This document shows positions 1-12,786 of a stretch of 64,000 nt of DNA, one piece after another. Position 1 is the first letter of the stretch, and every line of letters starts with the position of its first letter. A program made the translations under genes and the position numbers. The notes beneath the pieces are model-generated. The model saw only the letters and a list, made by a program, of their open reading frames with translations. It searched no databases and had not been told where the DNA came from. Origin of the DNA: the human T2T-CHM13v2.0 reference genome, Homo sapiens; assembly GCF_009914755.1 (NCBI RefSeq), contig NC_060941.1; one strand, written 5' to 3'.

Positions 1-466
1 TATTCACAATAGCAAAGACTTGGAACCAACCCAAATGTCCAACAGTGATAGACTGGCTTAGGAAAATGTGGCACATATACACCATGGAATACTATGCAGC
101 CATAAAAAATGATGAGTTCATGTCCTTTGTAGGGACATGGATGAAATTGGAAATCATCATTCTCAGTAAACTATCGCAAGAACAAAAAACCAAACACCGC
201 ATATTCTCACTCATAGGTGGGAATTGAGCAATGAGAACACATGGACACAGGAAGGGGAACCTCACACTCTGGGGACTGTGGTGGGGTGGGGGGAGGGGGG
301 AGGGATAGCATTGGGAGATATACCTAATGCTAGATGACGAGTTAGTGGGTGCAGCACACCAGCATGGCACATGTATACATATGTAACTAACCTGCACATT
401 GTGCACATGTACCCTAAAACTTAAAGTATAATAATAATAAATAAAAAAAAGAAAAAAAAAGAAAAA
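1..466 (+). mobile_element. 3' end of a young non-Ta L1PA (about L1PA2-4): ORF2 C-terminus, 3'UTR and poly(A); continues upstream of the window
   Basis: ORF 45-227 matches the ORF2p C-terminus (MEYYAAIKNDEFMSFVGTWMKLE...SLIGGN). G-rich 3'UTR with 'tagatgacGAGttagtgggtgcagc' (GAG, not the Ta ACA). A-tail about 427-466. Confidence 0.93.
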
Positions 467-1479
467 ACCACACATACTCATATTTCTAAACACTTTCTCA
501 AAGTTTGAAAAGGAGGGAATGTAGCTACTGAAATATTAAAAGTAAGAAGGATTCACACTACATCTTTTGATACAAAATAAATTCTCCACAGAAAAATAAA
601 ATAAAATAAAATAAAATATCTCACATAACTTACCATTAGATAGTAAGAACTGTGCGGCCAGAAAAAAGAACTTTTTAAGCTTTCTATCCCTAGTGTATGG
701 GACTAGAAGCAGTCAGCAGGTACTTCTTAGAGATAATTCGTGGATACCTGGGGAGGTGAGTGATTAGAGTTAATTATCCCTGGGCCTCAGTTTCTTCCTC
801 CAGGAAATAAAATAGGTCACCAGGTGACTTCAAAAGCCTATGTAAGTAAGCAGTGAAATTTTATGATTCTTAGCCTTTCTATTATGTTACTCACTCACAT
901 GCAGTATACCTTTTTCATTTCAAGTATTTGTCTTAATGTCAGAGCTTTATGTATGGATCTGGAGGTTCTTAATTTTTAAGCAATAGAGATGGATGCTCAT
1001 ACATTCCCTCTCTGACTCTTTGCTCTGATTTTCTCAATGGCTTTGCACCAAGGGTATGGATGAGTTCCCCAACAAATCATAGTTCCCCAACATATACTCC
1101 AGTCCAAACAAACAAAAACGCATCTCCCCATGCCCTTCAACCTCACCCTGCCATCCCCTCCATTTTGCAGATCACCTATTTTAGAACATCTCTTCTGTCC
1201 TGTGTCCCAACTCTCTGAAAAAGGCTGAGTAGATTCACATATCCTGGAGTCTGGTGGGTGTCTAGATTAATATTAAGAAGATGCTGGCCTCTGAGTCTTA
1301 GACCCTTTTATCCTTCAGCATATGCTGAGTTTGAGTTGCTGGAAGATATTTGATTCTAACCTTCCATATTTGTGAGCCTCATCTGATTATTCTGGACAGT
1401 CAGAAACACTTGGGGAGGATGAGGGGGCATGTTAGGGAGGTGCAGGACCTCACATTTTCACCCCTGTTTCCTAACCCTT

Positions 1480-1826
1480 TAAATTTCAACAATGCTGAAC
1501 ATACTTAATGTTCCGAATTCTCTGCACTCTCACTCACCCCGTTTCCCTCCACTTAACACACTCTTCAAATCTTCTCTACCTTTTTTGCCTGATAAAGCTG
1601 ATTCATCACCTGAGGCTCAATTGAAAACCACTTCCTACAGAGAGAGTTTTCTGATTCTCCTACTACAACTCTTACTAAACTGTTTGGTGATTGTCTGATT
1701 ATTTACATGATTTCTTCATTTAATGGATGCCATCATTCTTGTTCATTATTGTAGCCCTAGAGCTTAGCACACAGTACCTGAAACACGATAGTTGCTTAAC
1801 TTGTCTCTATTGAATAAATTAATAAA
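1480..1826 (+). mobile_element. L2 3' fragment
   Basis: Degenerate L2 terminus 'cttagcacacagtacctgaaacacgatagttgcttaac...tattgaataaattaataaa'. Confidence 0.6.
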
Positions 1827-1899
1827 GGCGGTAGTCGCTGCTCTCATTAAAGAAATTAAAATACTATAGAATGCACAAGATAAGCACACAAATAACCAA

Positions 1900-2090
1900 T
1901 ATATTGATGCCTCTCATTTTACAACTCCCAAGGATCCTGTGGAGATAGCATTGTTTCTACCATTTTGCAGAAAGAAAAATGTAGCCTTAGAAGTTATATC
2001 AATCATGAAGTTATTTTACAGCTAGAAAGTAGCGGAATTGAATTTGAATGCCCGCCTTCACAGTAGAAGTTAAGTGTTCTCTCCATAATA
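1900..2090 (-). mobile_element. MIR fragment
   Basis: 'ccattttgcagaaagaaaaatgtagccttagaag' resembles the reverse MIR core. Confidence 0.55.
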
Positions 2091-2209
2091 TTGCAACAAT
2101 ATGCAATGACTGTTGCAAAATTGGTACAAAAGTTGGCTGCATTGCAGAAATGAGAGAGTTACTCCTAGATGACATTTAAGCTTAGATCTGAAAGACAGTA
2201 ACTTGTTTT

Positions 2210-2750
2210 AAAAAATATTTTCAATTGCCAGAACAAAACCAACCTCCTTTTTTGCATCATAATAAATTAAACCAATACAGCCATATTTAATGTAAGAAGT
2301 GAAAGCTCATTCCCCTCTTGCTCTAATTACATTCCCAAGACATAACCATCATAAAGCCTATCTATATACATGATATGGTGGTTTTATGTTATTTAAATGA
2401 AATCATACTCTAAATGTCCAATAGTCTTCTTCTTCTTTTTTTTTAAGTCAGTATAACTTGGACAACCTTATATGGAGTATATTTATATTTACCTCCTGAT
2501 TTTTAGCTGCTACATTTCATTCCTTTGTAAGAATGTTCTAAAATTTGTTTAACCCGTCTCTTGTTATGGGCATTTGGGTGTTTTTTTTTAAATTTTCTCC
2601 CTTATAAATAATTCTATAAGAATTCTCCTTGTATATACATCTCTGAGTCCTCATTAAAGATTTTCTGTCCATCAATTCCTAAAATAGGAATTCTTAAGTT
2701 ATGGGTTATATGCAATTTAAATTATAAAAGAAGCTGACAGAATTGCACAG
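2210..2750 (-). mobile_element. Old L1M 3' fragment
   Basis: Motifs typical of antisense L1M 3' regions: 'gggcatttgggtg', 'attctccttgtatatacatctctg', 'ttcctaaaataggaatt...gggttatatgc'. Confidence 0.55.
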
Positions 2751-3939
2751 AATGTGAAAAACTTGAAATTAGAGGGCAAAAACATTCAAGGTGGAACAAG
2801 TCACATAAATAAAGGCACCTAAAAGCATAAGTCACATTCTTTTATTTTTCCCAAGAAGTTTCCGCATTTTGACCCTTTGTGTGAGCTCTAACGACAAATT
2901 CCAGCTCCTGCCAAGAGACCACAAGCTATTTGTCAGTTTGTCTTTTTATTCTCCTTCTTGTCCCTTCAGTGATGAAGTCCCCAGAGGTTAAACACTCTCA
3001 TTATTAATCTTACCACAAGAATCCCAGAAAACCAATGTTTGCTGCCCTTTGGTTCTTTATTTTAATGACTCCTCACCACACACAGACCCCTTATTGTGCT
3101 ATTCACAACTTTCCAGATGAAACCAAAGGCTTGATTCAACTGTAGTCAAAGAAAATGAATTCTACCCAATTCCACACACATACACACACTAACCCTCCTC
3201 TTTTCACCAGTGCCTAAAACTTAAAATTGAATGAACATGACATGAGATGTTTCTAAAGAGCTATCCCCCTGCCATCAGTTTTATTAAAGGCATAAATGTG
3301 CAGTCGCATTTAATGGTGTTTATTTTGAAACATGTGATGTTTACCCTTGAAAGCCTATTATGCATCTCTCACCTTACAGTGAACAAAAGGGCATTGTAAC
3401 TTCACGTAGTCTGACTGCTTGCTTAAATTTAGGTCTGCACTCAAACGAGAAAAATACTTGAGTATCAGTCATCTTGGAATCCAAGGGACTTATTCATAGA
3501 GCATGTGGGGCTCTATTCATAAATGATTTATGTCTTTGCATAAAGGGGAGTGGGGGTTGCATGTGTTGCCCAGAGAACCATCGTCTGCCTTTCCTGGGTA
3601 ATTTATACAAGATCAATATTTATCAAGGTGAGCCAAGAATTGTGCCGTAACTCTCTGAGAGCCAAATACTTCATTTACAGTTTCTTCACCCATGGAAGGG
3701 AGCGTGACAGATTGAAATGTTTGCATAAAAGCTACTTAAAGAGGTTCTCACTTGATTCCTGTTGCTTTAAATGTGGCGTGATGCCTTGCAAGAAATTGCA
3801 GATTTCACTCATAGATGTTGCTCATTGACTAACACATAGTAGATATTAAAAAATGTACTTGTTGAATTAGTGACTAAAGGGAAATAAACAATCATAATAG
3901 AAATATTACTATTCTCAAAGAGAAAGACTGATTGCCCAC

Positions 3940-5190
3940 TTTGTTTATTCTGTCAGTAAATATTAATTGAGCATCCATTAGGCATTTTGCATTGAATAAA
4001 GTCACAGTTATTACCTGGGATGATCCCTATACATATGTGTGAAAACTTTAAAACATGTTAATGAAATATATGCTCTATTAAAGGTTCAAAAAAGTGTTCT
4101 GGTGATAGAGATAAAGGATCAACTAATTCTGCACAGAGGCGTCTAGGAAAGGATAAGTGTAAGTAGGAGTTAAACAGAAAGTGAATGAGGATGGGAATTT
4201 TTGGGAGAAGTAATAGTACGAATTAAGGCAGCATGAAAGACCTTTGGATTGCAGGAATGAGATAAATATGTTGCCATCAGAGATTAGAGTACTGTGTCAG
4301 TAATAATAAATAAATCTGAAAATTTCTCTTAGAACTGGATTGTGAAAGGCATAATACACTCAACTAGTGAGCTATTAGTTTATTTTGTAAGCAAGAAGAG
4401 ACTCTCATAAATTTTTAAACATGGACATTACATGGTTGGATTTCTCATAGGTATATATCTCTGGTAGCACAGTCTATACTATTTACCATCTGGTGGAGAT
4501 GAAAGAGAGGAGATGACAAGTTGGTGTAAATTTGTTTATGTCTGGTAGTGTCTCTTTGGAGTACTGTTTTGAGAACGATTTTAAAACTTCATCTGGACTC
4601 ATTGGGAAAGGCTTCAATCTAAAGAAATGATGCCTACCATGAGTGTAAGAAGGAAAGCAGGGAAAGCGTCAGCAGACATAGCTAAGCATTTGCCATCCCT
4701 GGGTTAGCAGGACATTGGGAAGGTCTAGATGAGATATCATTAGTCTTTAATTAGGACAACTTCAATGTATGGGAGATGATAGGTGTAGGTTTATATATGA
4801 TTATGATCTCCTGTGCACATATGACTTGATGAATTATGTGCAGTTTAAAATAGAATAGAGGATGACTTTCTGAAGCTTGTAGTTTAAGACAGATCTTGAG
4901 AAAAGCAACCATAATTAATTAAGATGGGGAAAAGTAAATCAACAGTGGTAAAGAGGAAAAAAAGATTATTTCTGTATGATTTTTACACATAATGAGTGTA
5001 AAAATGTCACAAAATGTTTGTAGCATGAGTTTGAATCCCAGAGAATGCTCTGAAATGAAGATTTAAACCTGGGATTTATCTGAATATAGGCAACATGTCT
5101 CATAGTTCAAGGATAATATTACTGAAGGAGAAGTCCAATGGAACACCAGCATTCAAATAATGGATAGTAGAAAAGGAAGAGCCATGCAGA
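3940..5190 (-). mobile_element. Degraded L2
   Basis: Starts with the reverse L2 tail 'tttattctgtcagtaaatattaattgagcatcc', followed by purine-rich antisense L2-like body. Confidence 0.5.
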
Positions 5191-5249
5191 TGACTTCACA
5201 TTTCCAGAAAGAATATTTCCAATTTGAGAAAAACGTAAAATTCGACCCT

Positions 5250-7444
5250 CTACCTTTCATTATCACACAGAAAAACAAAAGGGATTTCCATTCCTGACTA
5301 TGATAACTAGCTAGCATCTGAGCAGCTATCCTGCAGAGAATAACTGGAAAAGCTAGATTCAATTTTTAAAAATGTGCTTTAAAGTTTGGGAGATTTACAA
5401 AGAAAGCGATAACTTGAGGGGCTAAAAGGAGAGGTGCAGAGATATGAACCTAGTGTTAAGGCTTTGTATTTCCTCTTGAGATTTTTGTGAATTTATAAGT
5501 GAAGGCAAAAAAGCCAAGAGAAAGCAGAGCTCATACATTCTCATGGGGCTATGAAGGAAAATGTGGAATTTAGAACCTGCCAAAGATAAATGTCTGGTAA
5601 ATACCACAGGATTTCTGTTGGTACCAGGGTTAATACTGGTAAGAGGCAAATGAGGCATGTATGGCACAAAATTTTAGGAGGCACTTACTCATTAAATCAT
5701 GTGCCCTAGGTGGCTTACTTGCCTCATGTTAGTCCTGACTCACACTGGGATACCTGGAAGGTTGTCTACAACTACAGAAAAACTGGAAATAGATCACTCT
5801 TTATAAAGACTAGCTCTAAAAGAGATGGAGTCAGAATTGTATTGAGACCTGCCTCTAGTATAACTGCCTGAGAGAAACAAAACTGAGTCCTCTCTGGAGG
5901 AAGAAAATGTTATCCAGAAACTCAAATTATTGCTACACTTCTTTTTTGACACAATGCCTTCAATAAAAATTTACCAGGCATGCAAGGATATGAGGTCTAG
6001 TTATTAAAAAGCAAAAATAAAACAAGAATAAAAGCAGACAAGAGTGCCAGACTGGTAGGAGATCCAGATACTAAATTTATAAGACACAAACTTTTAAAAA
6101 ACTGGGATTCATATGTCCAAAATATTAAATAAAAAGATGGAAAACTTTAGCTGGGAATCAGACTGTATTAAAAAAACAAATAAACTCATAGACCTGAAAA
6201 AATAAAACTGAAGTTAAGAACTCATTATATGAGCCTAACAGATTAAACACAAGTGAAGTGAGACTTACTGAATGTAAAAATGTCAGTTGGAAATATACAG
6301 ATAGAATAATAAAAAGAAGAATAGAAAATGTAGAAAAGGGTCTAAGAGATATATGGGACAACATAAAAATGTCTAAACTGCAATCTCATAAGAGTGAAGA
6401 GGGATAATATAGCAGAAGCAATGTTTGAAAAGATTGTGGCTGAACAGCTTATACAATCGTTGAAGGACATTAGCTACAGCTTCAAAAAGTGTTACAAACA
6501 CCAAGCAAAACAAACAAACAAAAATCCTTCCAAAAAACCATAAAGAAACTCATATTTAAATTCATCACAGTAATTACTGATGAAATGAAAGAAAATATGA
6601 AGGGCAACCAAAGGAAAAAAAGATATGTTAGCATTAACGAAAGAATCCTAAAAGTTACAGCTAACTTATAAGAAATTATAAAAACCAGGAGACAATTGAA
6701 TGACATTTTCAAAATACTGAAAGAATAAAAAACTACCAGCCTAGACTTCTATACCCAGAAAAATATTCTTCAAAAATATTGGCATAATAAAGACATATTT
6801 AGAAAATGCAAACTGAGGGAATTTATTAGCAACAGAGTTATAGTACATAAAATACTAAAAGAAGATATTTGTATAGAAGAACAATGATTCCAGATGAAAA
6901 AAGAAAAATGCAGAAAATAATGAAGAACAACATAAAGATTACATTTGTGCTTAAATGTAAATGAGTATTGACTGTATAAAACAACAACAGTAATGTTATA
7001 TAAGGTTTACAATATCTGTGTCATTAAAATAAGTGAAAACCCTAGCATAAAAGACAGCAAGGGTAAATATTTTTTAATTGTTTGCATTGTCTTGCAAGTA
7101 ATAAAAATATATATTTATGTTAAATATTAATAAAATATTTATGTTTGAATCTCAAGGATATACATTAAAGAATTTGTAAAAGGATTAGTAAGCTAATGGG
7201 GGGGGAATGCAATAATAAAGAATGCTGGACTAATGCAACAGCAGCTAGAGAGGAGAGAAAAAGGACATAGAAATTGATTTAATGCCAAATATATCAATAA
7301 TATCCTGAAATGTAAGTGGGTTAACTATTCAAACAGACAAAGATTTTTAGATGAAAAGAGAAGCACAACTATTTGCTGCTTAAAAGAGACATAATTTAAA
7401 TGCAAAAAGGTTAAAAGTAAAAATGTACAGAAAGATAGCATAAC
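5250..7444 (+). mobile_element. Ancient L1M: 5' region, ORF1 remnant and start of ORF2; resumes at 13016-13210 and about 13755-13845
   Basis: A-rich ORF1-like motifs ('cctagacttctatacccagaaaaatattcttcaaaaat', 'aaactgagggaatttattagcaacag'). Endonuclease-like 'atttgctgcttaaaagagac'. Continues after the L1PA insert with 'gtaaaggggtcaattcacc...tgtatgcaccc' and 'ggagattttaatgtacctct'. Confidence 0.75.
5626..5742. mobile_element. MER91-like hAT MITE inserted in the old L1
   Basis: Subterminal inverted repeats 'gaggcaaatgaggca' and 'ttacttgcctca', plus 'caaaattttaggaggcacttactc'. Confidence 0.55.
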
Positions 7445-7741
7445 CTTTTTCATCTTTGTTGGTTTAAAGTTTGCTTTATCAGAGGCTAGGATTGCAGTCC
7501 CTGCTTTTTTTTCTTTTTCTTTCTTTTTTTTTTTTCGCTTTCCATTTGCTTGGTAAATATTCCTCCATCCCTTTGTTTTGAGCCTATGTGTGTGTTTGCA
7601 CATGAGATGGGTCTCCTGAATACAGCACACCAATGGGTCTTGACTCTTTATGCAATTTGCCAGTCTGTGTCTTTTAATTGGGGCATTTAGCCTATTTACA
7701 TTTAAGGTTAATATTGTTATGTGTGAATTTGATCCTGTCAT
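7445..7741 (-). pseudogene. L1 ORF2 N-terminal endonuclease fragment (inverted segment)
   Basis: MTGSNSHITILTLNVNRLNAPIKRHRLA...CCIQETHL...KANFKPTK matches the ORF2p N-terminus. Confidence 0.93.
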
Positions 7742-7804
7742 TATGATGCTAGCTAGTTATTTTGCACATTAGTTGATGCAGTTTCTTCATAGTGTTGATG
7801 GTCT

Positions 7805-8878
7805 TTACAATTTGGTATGTTTTGCAGTGGCTGGTACCAGTTTTTCCTTTCCATATTTAGTGCTTCCTTCAGGAGCTCTTGTAAAGCAGGCCTGGTGGTG
7901 ACAAAATCTCTCAGCATTTGCTTGTCTGTAAAGGATTTTATTTCTCCTTCACTTATGAAGCTTAGTTTGGCTGGATATGAAATTCTGGTTTGAAAATTCC
8001 TTTGTTTAAGAATCTTGAATATTGGCTTCCATTCTCTTCTGGCTTGTAGGGTTTCTGCTGAGAGATCTGCTGTTAGTCTGATGGGTTTCCCTTTGTGGGT
8101 AACCTAAACTTTCTCTCTGGCTGCCCTTAACATTTTTTCCTTCATTTCAACCTTGGTGAATCTGATGATTATATGTCTTGGGGTTGCTTTTCTCGAGGAG
8201 TATCTTTGCGGTGTTCTCTGTATTTCCTGAATTTGAATATTGGCCTGTCTTGCTAGACTGGGGAAGTTCTCCTGGATAATATCCTGCAGAGTGTTTTCCA
8301 ACTTGGTTCCATTCTCCCCATCACTTTCAGGTACACCAATCAAATGGGGGTTTGGTCTTTTCACATAGTCCCATATTTCTCAGAGGTTTTGTTTGTTCCT
8401 TTTCATTCTTTTTTCTCTAATCTTGGCTTCAAACTTTATTTCATTAAGCTGATCTTCAATCTCTGGTATCCTTTCTTCTGCTTGATCGATTCAGCTATTG
8501 ATACTTGTGTGTGCTTCATGGAGTTCTTGTGCTGTGTTTTTCATCTGCATCAGGTCATTTAAGTTCTTCTCTAAACTGGTTATTCTAGTTAGCAATTCCT
8601 CTAATCTTTTTTCAAGATTCCTAGCTTCCTTGCATTGGGTTAGAACATGCTCCTTTAGCTCAGAGGAGTTTGTTATTACCCACCTTCTGAAGCCTACTTC
8701 TGTAAATTCATCAAACTCATTCTCCATCCAGTTTTGTTCCCTTGCTGGTGAGGAGTTGTGATCCTTTGGAGGAGAAGAGGCATTCTTTGTAATAAATAGC
8801 TCTTATTATGTTGAGAAACATTTCATCAAAACCTAGTTTATGGAATGTTCAGCCTTTTTGCACTGTTTTTTTCCTCAT
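7805..8878 (-). pseudogene. L1 ORF1, disrupted
   Basis: Fragments MENEFDEFTEVGFRRWVITNSSELKEHV... and KRPNPHLIGVPESDGENGTKLENTLQDIIQENFP. ATG at 8878. Contains stops, frameshifts and a 56-bp insertion. Confidence 0.92.
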
Positions 8879-9247
8879 CTTTGTGGATTTATCTACTTTT
8901 GGTCTTTGAAGTTGGTGACCTTCAATAGGATTTCTGTGTGGACATCTTTTTTTTTATGTTGATGCTATTCCTTTCCGTTTGTTAGTTTTCCTTCTAACAG
9001 TCTGGGCCCTCTGCTGCAGGTCTGCTGGAGTTTGCTGGAGATCCACTCCAGACCCTGTTTGCCTGGGTATCACCAGTGGAGTCTGCAGAATAGCAAAGAT
9101 TACTGCCTGTTCCTTCCTCTGGAAGCTTCGTCCCAGAGGGGCACCCACCAGATACCAGCTGGAACTCTCCTGTATGAAGTGTCTGTTGACCCCTGCTGGG
9201 AGGTGTCTCCCAGTCTGGAGGCACAGGGATCAGGGACCCACTTGATG

Positions 9248-12200
9248 CATTACATAATGGTAAAAGGATCAAAGCAACAAGAAGAGCTAACTAACCTAAA
9301 TATATATGCACCGAATACAGGAGCACCCAGATGTATAAAGCAAATTCTTAGAGAACTGCAAAGAGACTTAGACTCCCACACAATGACAGTGGGAGACTGT
9401 AATACCCCACTGTCAATATTAGACAGATCAGTGTGGCAGAAAATTAATAATGATATCCAGGACTTGAACTCAGCTCTGGACCAAGTGGACCTAATAGACA
9501 TCTACAAAACTCTCCGCTCCAAATCAACAGAATATACATTCTTCTCAGCACCACATCACACTTATTCTAAAACTGACCGCATAATTGGAAGTAAAACACT
9601 CCTCAGCAAATGTAAAAGAACGGAAATCATAACAAACAGTCTCTCAGACCACAGTGCAATCAAATTAGAACTCAGGATTAAGAAACTCACTCAAAAGCAC
9701 AGAACTACATGGAAACTGAACAACCTGCTCCTGAATGACTTCTAGGTAAATAACGATATTAAGTCAGAAATAAATAAGTTACTTGAAACCAATGAGAACA
9801 AAGACACAATGTACCAGAATCTCTGGGACACAGCTAAAGCAGTGTTTAAAGGGAAATTTATAGCACTAAATGCCCACAGGAGAAAGTGGGCAAGATCTAA
9901 GATTGACACCCTGACATCACAATTGAAAGAACAAGAGAAGCAAGAGCAAACAAATTCAAAAGCTAGCAGAAGACAAGAAATAACTAAGATCAGAGCAGAA
10001 CTGAGGGAGATAGAGACATGAAAAACCCTTCAAAAAAATCAATGAATCCAGGAGCTGGTTTTTTGAAAAGATTAACAAAATAGATAGATGGCTAGCCAGA
10101 CTAATAAGGAATAAAAGAGAGAAGAATCAAATAGACACAATAAAAAATGATAAAGGGGATATCACCACTGATCCCACAGAAATACAAACTACCATTACAG
10201 AATACTATAAACACCTCTACACAAATAAACTAGAAAATCTAGAAGAAATGGATGAATTCCTGGACACATACACACTCCCAAGACTAAACCAGGAAAATGT
10301 TAAATCCCTGAATAGACCAATAACAAGTTCTGAAATTGAGGCAGTAAGTAATAGCCTACCAACCAAAAAAAGCTCAGGACCAGATGGATTCACAGCCAAA
10401 TCCTACCAGAGGCATAAAGAGGAGCTGGTACCATTTCTTCTGAAACTATTCCAAACAATACAAAAAGAGGGACTCCTCCCTAACTCATTTTATGAGGCCA
10501 GCATCATCCTGATACCAAAACCTGGCAGAGACAGAACAACAACAACAAAAAACTTTCAAGCCAATATCTCTAATGAACATAGATGTGAAAATCCTCAATA
10601 AAATACTGGCAAACCAAATCCAGCAGCACATCAAAAGGCTTATCCACCATGGTCAAGTCGGCTTTATCCCTGGGATGCAAGGCTGGTTCAACTTATGCAA
10701 ATCAATAAATGTAATCCATCACATAAAACCAATGACAAAAACCACATGATAATGTCAACAGATGTGTAATAGGACTTTGATAACATTCAACACCCTTTCA
10801 TGCTAAAAACTCTCAATAAACTAGGTTTTGATGAAATGTTTCTCAACATAATAAGAGCTATTTATGACAAACCCACAGCCAATATCATACTGAATGGGCA
10901 AAAACTGGAAGCATTCCCTTTGAAAACTGGCACAAGACAAGGATGCCCTCTCTCACCACTCCTATTCAACATAGTATTGGAAGTTCTGACCAGGGCAATC
11001 AGGCAAGAGAAAGACATAAAAGGTATTCAAATAGGAAGTCAAATTGTCTCCATTTGCAGATAGCATGATTGTATATTAAGCAAACCCCATCGTCTCAGCC
11101 CCAAATCTCCTTAAGCTGATAAGCAACTTCAGCAAAGTCTCAGGATACAAAATCAATGGGCAAAAATCACAAGCATTCCTGTACAACAATAATAGACAAA
11201 CAGAGAGCCAAATCATGAGTGAATTCCCATTCACAATTGCTACAAAGAGAATAAAATACTGAGGAATACAACTTACAAGGGATTTGAAGGACCACATCAA
11301 GGAGAACTACAAACCACTGCTCAAGGAAATAAGAGAGGACATAAACAAATGGAAAAACATTCCATGGTCATGGATAAGAAGAATCAATATTGTGAAAATG
11401 GCCATACTGCCCAAAGGAATTTATAGAGGTAATGCTATCTCCATCAAGCTACCATTGACTTTCTCTACAAAATTAGAAAAAACTACTTTAAGTTTCATAT
11501 GGAAACAAAAAAGAGCCCATATAGCCAAGACAATCGTAAGCCAAAAGAACGAAGCTGAAGGCATCACACTACTTGACTTCAAACTATACTACAAGACTAC
11601 AGTAACCAAAACAGCATGGTCCTGGTACCAAAACAGATATTTAGACCAATGGAACAGAACAGAGGCCTCAGAAATAGTGCCACACATCTACAACCATCTG
11701 ATCTTTGACAAACCTGAGAAAAACAAGCAATGGGGAAAGGATTCCCTATTTAGTAAATGGTGCTGGGAAAACTGGCTAGCCATATGCAGAAAACTGAAAG
11801 TAGACCCCTTCCTTATACCGTATACAAAAATTAACTCAACATGGATTAAAGACTTACATGTAAAACCCAAAACCATAAAAACCTTGGAAGAATACCTAGG
11901 CAATATCATTCAGGACATAGGCATGGGCAAAGGCTTCATGATTAAAACACCAAAAGCAATTGCAACAAAAGCCAAAATTGACAAATGGATCTAATTAAAC
12001 TAAAGAGCTTCTGCAGAGCAAAAAAAAAAAAAACCAGGATCAGAGTAAACAGGCAACCGACAGAATGGGAGAAAATTTTTGCAATCTACCCATCTGACAA
12101 AGGTCTAATATCCAGAATCTACAAGGAACTTAAACAAATTTACAAGAAAAAAACAACCCCATCAAAAAGTCAGCAAAGTATATGAACAGACACTTCTCAA

Positions 12201-12786
12201 AAGAAGACATTTATGCAGCCAACAAACATATGAAAAAAAGATCATCATCACTGGTCATCAGAGAAATGCAAATCAGAAACCACAATTATCAAAACCATCT
12301 CACTCCAGATAGAATGGCGATCATTAAAAAGTCAGGAAACAACAGATGCTGGAGGGGATGTGGAGAAATAGGAATGCTTTTACACTGTTGATGGGAGTGT
12401 AAATTAGTTCAACAATTGTGGAAGACAGTGTGGCAATTCCTCAAAGATCTAGAACCAGAAATGCCATTTGATCCAGCAATCCCATTACTGGGTATATGCC
12501 CAAAGGATTATAAATCATTCTACTATAAAGACACATGCGCATGTATATTTATTGCAGCACTATCCACAATAGCAAAGACTTGGAACCAATCCAAATGCCC
12601 ATAAATGATAGACTGGATAAAGAAAATGTGACACATACACACCATGGAATACTATGCAGCCATAAAAAGGATGAGTTCCTGTCCTTTGCAGGGAAATGGA
12701 TGAAGCTGGAAACCATCATTCTTAGCAAATTAACACAAGAACAGAAAACCAAGCACCACGTCTTCTCACTTATAAGTGGGAGTTGA
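9248..12786 (+). pseudogene. L1 ORF2 remainder (endonuclease C-half, RT, C-terminal domain), multiply disrupted
   Basis: HYIMVKG..NIYAPNTGAP..SDHSAIKLE; GPDGFTA; [16 protein letters not shown]; WKNIPWSWI; CWRGCGEIG. Split over many ORFs by stops and frameshifts. Confidence 0.95.

Noticed and set aside
8979-9245. Antisense 5'UTR ORF as L1 ORF0
   Set aside because: The translation does not resemble ORF0, and the 5'UTR part that encodes ORF0 is truncated away.
9032-12786. Long ORFs (237 aa, 236 aa and others) as functional genes or an active L1
   Set aside because: They are fragments of L1 ORF2 broken by many stops and frameshifts. The promoter is missing and the element is rearranged.
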